A DNA stretch of 64,000 nt from Ylistrum balloti. Taxonomy: Eukaryota. The notes beneath the pieces were generated by a model. It worked only from the letters and a program-made list of their open reading frames with translations. It was not told where the DNA came from and did no database searches. The stretch spans positions 62,001-126,000 of the forward strand of contig NW_026782586.1 of the NCBI RefSeq assembly GCF_031769215.1, read 5' to 3'. Shown piece after piece: positions 61,177 to 64,000 of the stretch. Numbering within the stretch: position 1 is the stretch's first letter; each line of letters begins with the position of its first letter. Position numbers and translations under genes: made by a program.

Positions 61177-64000
61177 TGTAAATTACCCGTATCTTCCGAT
61201 CACCTCCGTTCGTCTGTCCTAATGCATAGACGAACATCTACCGTGTAAGCGTAATGCACGATCTGTACATTGTGTAGACATTGTATCTAAGTTATACTCT
61301 AAATCTAACATAAGCCCCGTAAGCATCGTATAGGAGTATATTGCTTTGCTTAGACGTTTCAGCGATAGACTAAACAACACGTTTCTTCTCAGCTCCATGT
61401 TTGTTTTTTATTCCCAGAACGAGGCTGTCATATAACCAATACAGGAGAGGATCTAAGAGAGATAACTCTTACGAGATTACAACTACTATAGATCATTACA
61501 ACTCCCCTTTTGAAAATAGGTATTTTATCTTTAAAAGTTCAATTGTCATTGGAGGGAGCATATGATATATATGTAACTTGTATTTTGTGGTTAATTGACC
61601 ATACTGAAACAAAATAGCTCGAAATTAAACTGCATGTTGATACATGTCTGAAACTTAATATTTCTTTGTTGTTTATAATATTGTCACAGTTTCTAAGTAA
61701 TAGTGTATATCCAACCCTCTTGATTGAGAATTATATGTGGAACACAAGCAACAAATAAAATGTGATAATTTTGCAATTATGAGTGACCAAATTCACCAGA
61801 AGATAATGGACCAAAAATAGTTTTGATTTTGAACTCTTTACTGATGAATTTTATCAAGCATAACTACCAGGATCAGGATAGACTGTCCTGCCTGAGACCT
61901 AACATTAAAAAGGGGATTATTCTGCCCCTGTGCACTTCACATCTCATAATCTTTGAATCGTGCTGGCAGTTTCACACTTCTGCCGTATTTTGTCTTCATA
62001 CTCGGAGAGTTTCCGGTGGGCATTGCTAGTGCTGTCGCCTTATGCTTTGGCGTGTCACTAGGTTTCGTAGTTGATTCTTGCTCCATGAAATCAGGAATGT
62101 CCTCTGTGTTTCTCCTGAATGATGTCTCGACGATTTCGACGAAACTTCTCACCATCAGGTGTCACTACTGTGTAGGACCTCGGGTATTCAGAGTGATTAT
62201 AAATGTTTCCTGGAGTCCATTGTCCTCTGTGTTTAAAACGAATCTTATCTCCGTCATTTAATTCCGACAGGCGTTTGGCTCCAATATCGAAATATTTTTT
62301 CTGCTTTTGCTGCGATTTCTGTCTGGTTTTCTGAACGTGTTCTGAAGACACTACACGTGGTTGAAGTTTAAGTTGGGTAACTGGTAGCACAGATCTAAGC
62401 TCTCTGCTCATGAGTAGTTGTGCTGGTGATTCTGTATCCGTAGGCGAGTTCCTGTACTCGAGTAGAGCAAGATACGGATCTTGCCCGTTAGCGTTGGTTT
62501 TCTCAAGGATGCGTTTCATGGTTTGTACAGATTTCTCTGCAAAGCCGTTCGCTTGAGCAAATAGGGACTTGATGTTGTGTGTTTAAACTTCCACTTTGTC
62601 GCAAATGTTTTGAATTCGGATGAGGAATATTGTGGACCATTGTCGCTCCTCACTTCAAACGGTATTCCATGTCGTGCAAAGATAGATTTCAGGTGTGTTA
62701 TTACTGTTACACTTTTAGTGTTCTCCAACTTTGCTACCTCAAAGTATCGGGAATAGTAATCAGTGACTATCAGGAAGTCTGACTGGTTCCATGAGAATAA
62801 GTCGGTTCCCACAACTTGCCACGGTCCACTTGGTACAGGTGTTGGCTTCAAAGGTTCTTTCTGATTGTTGTTCCTCATATCCATACAGGTACTACACCTT
62901 GATATCATGTCAGCAATATCAGTGTTCATGCCATGCCAATAAACAATACTTCTGGCTCTGAGTTTGGTTTTTTCTATACCAAAGTGACCTACATGAAGAT
63001 CTGACAGTATTTCATCTTGGAGACTTTCCGGAATTACTATCCTTTCTCCTTTGAGCACTATGCCTTCGTTGATAGTTAGTTCATTTCTAAGTTTCCAAAA
63101 CTCTTGTAGGTTTTTTGTTAGAACATTTTTATTTTCTGGCCAGCCATTCTCTATCAATGCCTTAACTTGACTGAGTTGTTCATCCTCGTCTGTTCGAGTG
63201 CGAATTTGATCCATTTTATTGACAGAGACAGGTAGACTGTTCAAAACAGTGTGTACATGACAATTGAGTTCTTCATCCATGTTCCCATCCTTGTTGGGAA
63301 GATATGCACGAGAAAGTGTGTCCGCTACTACTAATTCCTTGCCTGGCCTGTAGATTAGAGTGAAATCATAGCGTTGTAGACGTAGAAGCATTCTCTGTAA
63401 CCTAGGTGGCGCTTGAGATAGGGGTTTCTTTAGTATGGCTTCCAACGGCTTGTGATCACTTTCTACAGTTAGTGCCTGCGATCCACAGGTGTAGTTGTTG
63501 AAGCGTTCTAAAGCAAAGGTAACTGCAAGAAGTTCCTTCTCTATTTGTGCATATCTTGACTCTGTGTCAGTCATTGCTCTAGAGGCAAATGCTATGGGCT
63601 TATTCCTCTGTAGAATTACAGCACCTAATCCGTATTTTGATGCATCTGCACTTACGGTGGTTGGTAATCTTGGTCATAAAATGCTAGTACTGGCTCTTTT
63701 GACAATATGCCTAGTATTTGCTTGAAAGCGTCATCCTGACTTTTGTTCCACTGAAATGCGACATCCTTTCTGAGCAACTCTCGAATCGGCTGTGTGATGG
63801 TTGACATGTTTGGTATGAACTTGGCTAAGTAATTGACAGTTCCAAGTAGTCTCTCTACTCCTTTTTTGTCAACTGGTCGGGGCATCTCAGTAATTGCACT
63901 CAGTTTTTCTGGATCTGGTTTTACACCAGCGGCAGACAGTCTGTGACCTATATATGTGACCTCATTTTCGCTGAACCTGCATTTGTCCTTGTTCAAGGTG
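61177..64000 (-). mobile_element. 3' part of a Ty3/gypsy element, Mag-lineage-like (runs off window)
   Basis: pol on the - strand; PPT AAAAGGGGAGT followed by TGTAATG at 61500 (3' LTR start); AATAAA in the LTR. LTR end is uncertain (61177 or 61244). Confidence 0.85.
61937..63996 (-). pseudogene. pol: pol (RT end, RNase H, integrase) of Mag-like gypsy, frameshifted
   Basis: VERLLGTVNYLAKFIPN; SRYAQIEKELLAV; ESDHKPL; LHVGHFG...CSTC; VGTDLF; RSDNGPQY; DPYLALLEYRNSP; terminal TKYGRSVKLPARFKDY. Confidence 0.9.

Overview
AT-rich eukaryotic animal DNA; a lophotrochozoan, probably a bivalve mollusc, is inferred from repeat style only. 1-32.5 kb is a nest of LTR retrotransposons. A decayed + strand Ty3/gypsy (A) is split inside its protease by a BEL/Pao element (879-20229, TSD ACACT). 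The BEL element in turn carries a - strand Ty3/gypsy (2216-12990, TSD GATT) with gag, a -1 frameshift, pol, extra ORFs behind splice acceptors and an F-type (baculovirus F/errantivirus-like) env. A near-intact gypsy (C, 25231-32478) follows. A MITE at 32635-34123 holds an inverted, pre-insertion copy of 1.2 kb of element A. The host gene U2AF2/U2AF65 (11 coding exons, 443 aa, 34804-47809) has an array of decoy-like 3' splice sites and a candidate poison micro-exon in intron 6. At 52.4-56.8 kb is an open two-gene unit: a spliced chromo-barrel/Tudor-knot-like protein followed 22 nt later by a 694-aa RAG1/Transib-fold DDE transposase. The rest is three minisatellites, small MITEs and the 3' part of a Mag-like gypsy. 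The strongest leads are the RAG1-like transposase with its putative chromatin-reader partner, the env-bearing element with complex-retrovirus-like splicing, and possible U2AF2 autoregulation. All comparisons were made by eye; no searches or alignments were run.
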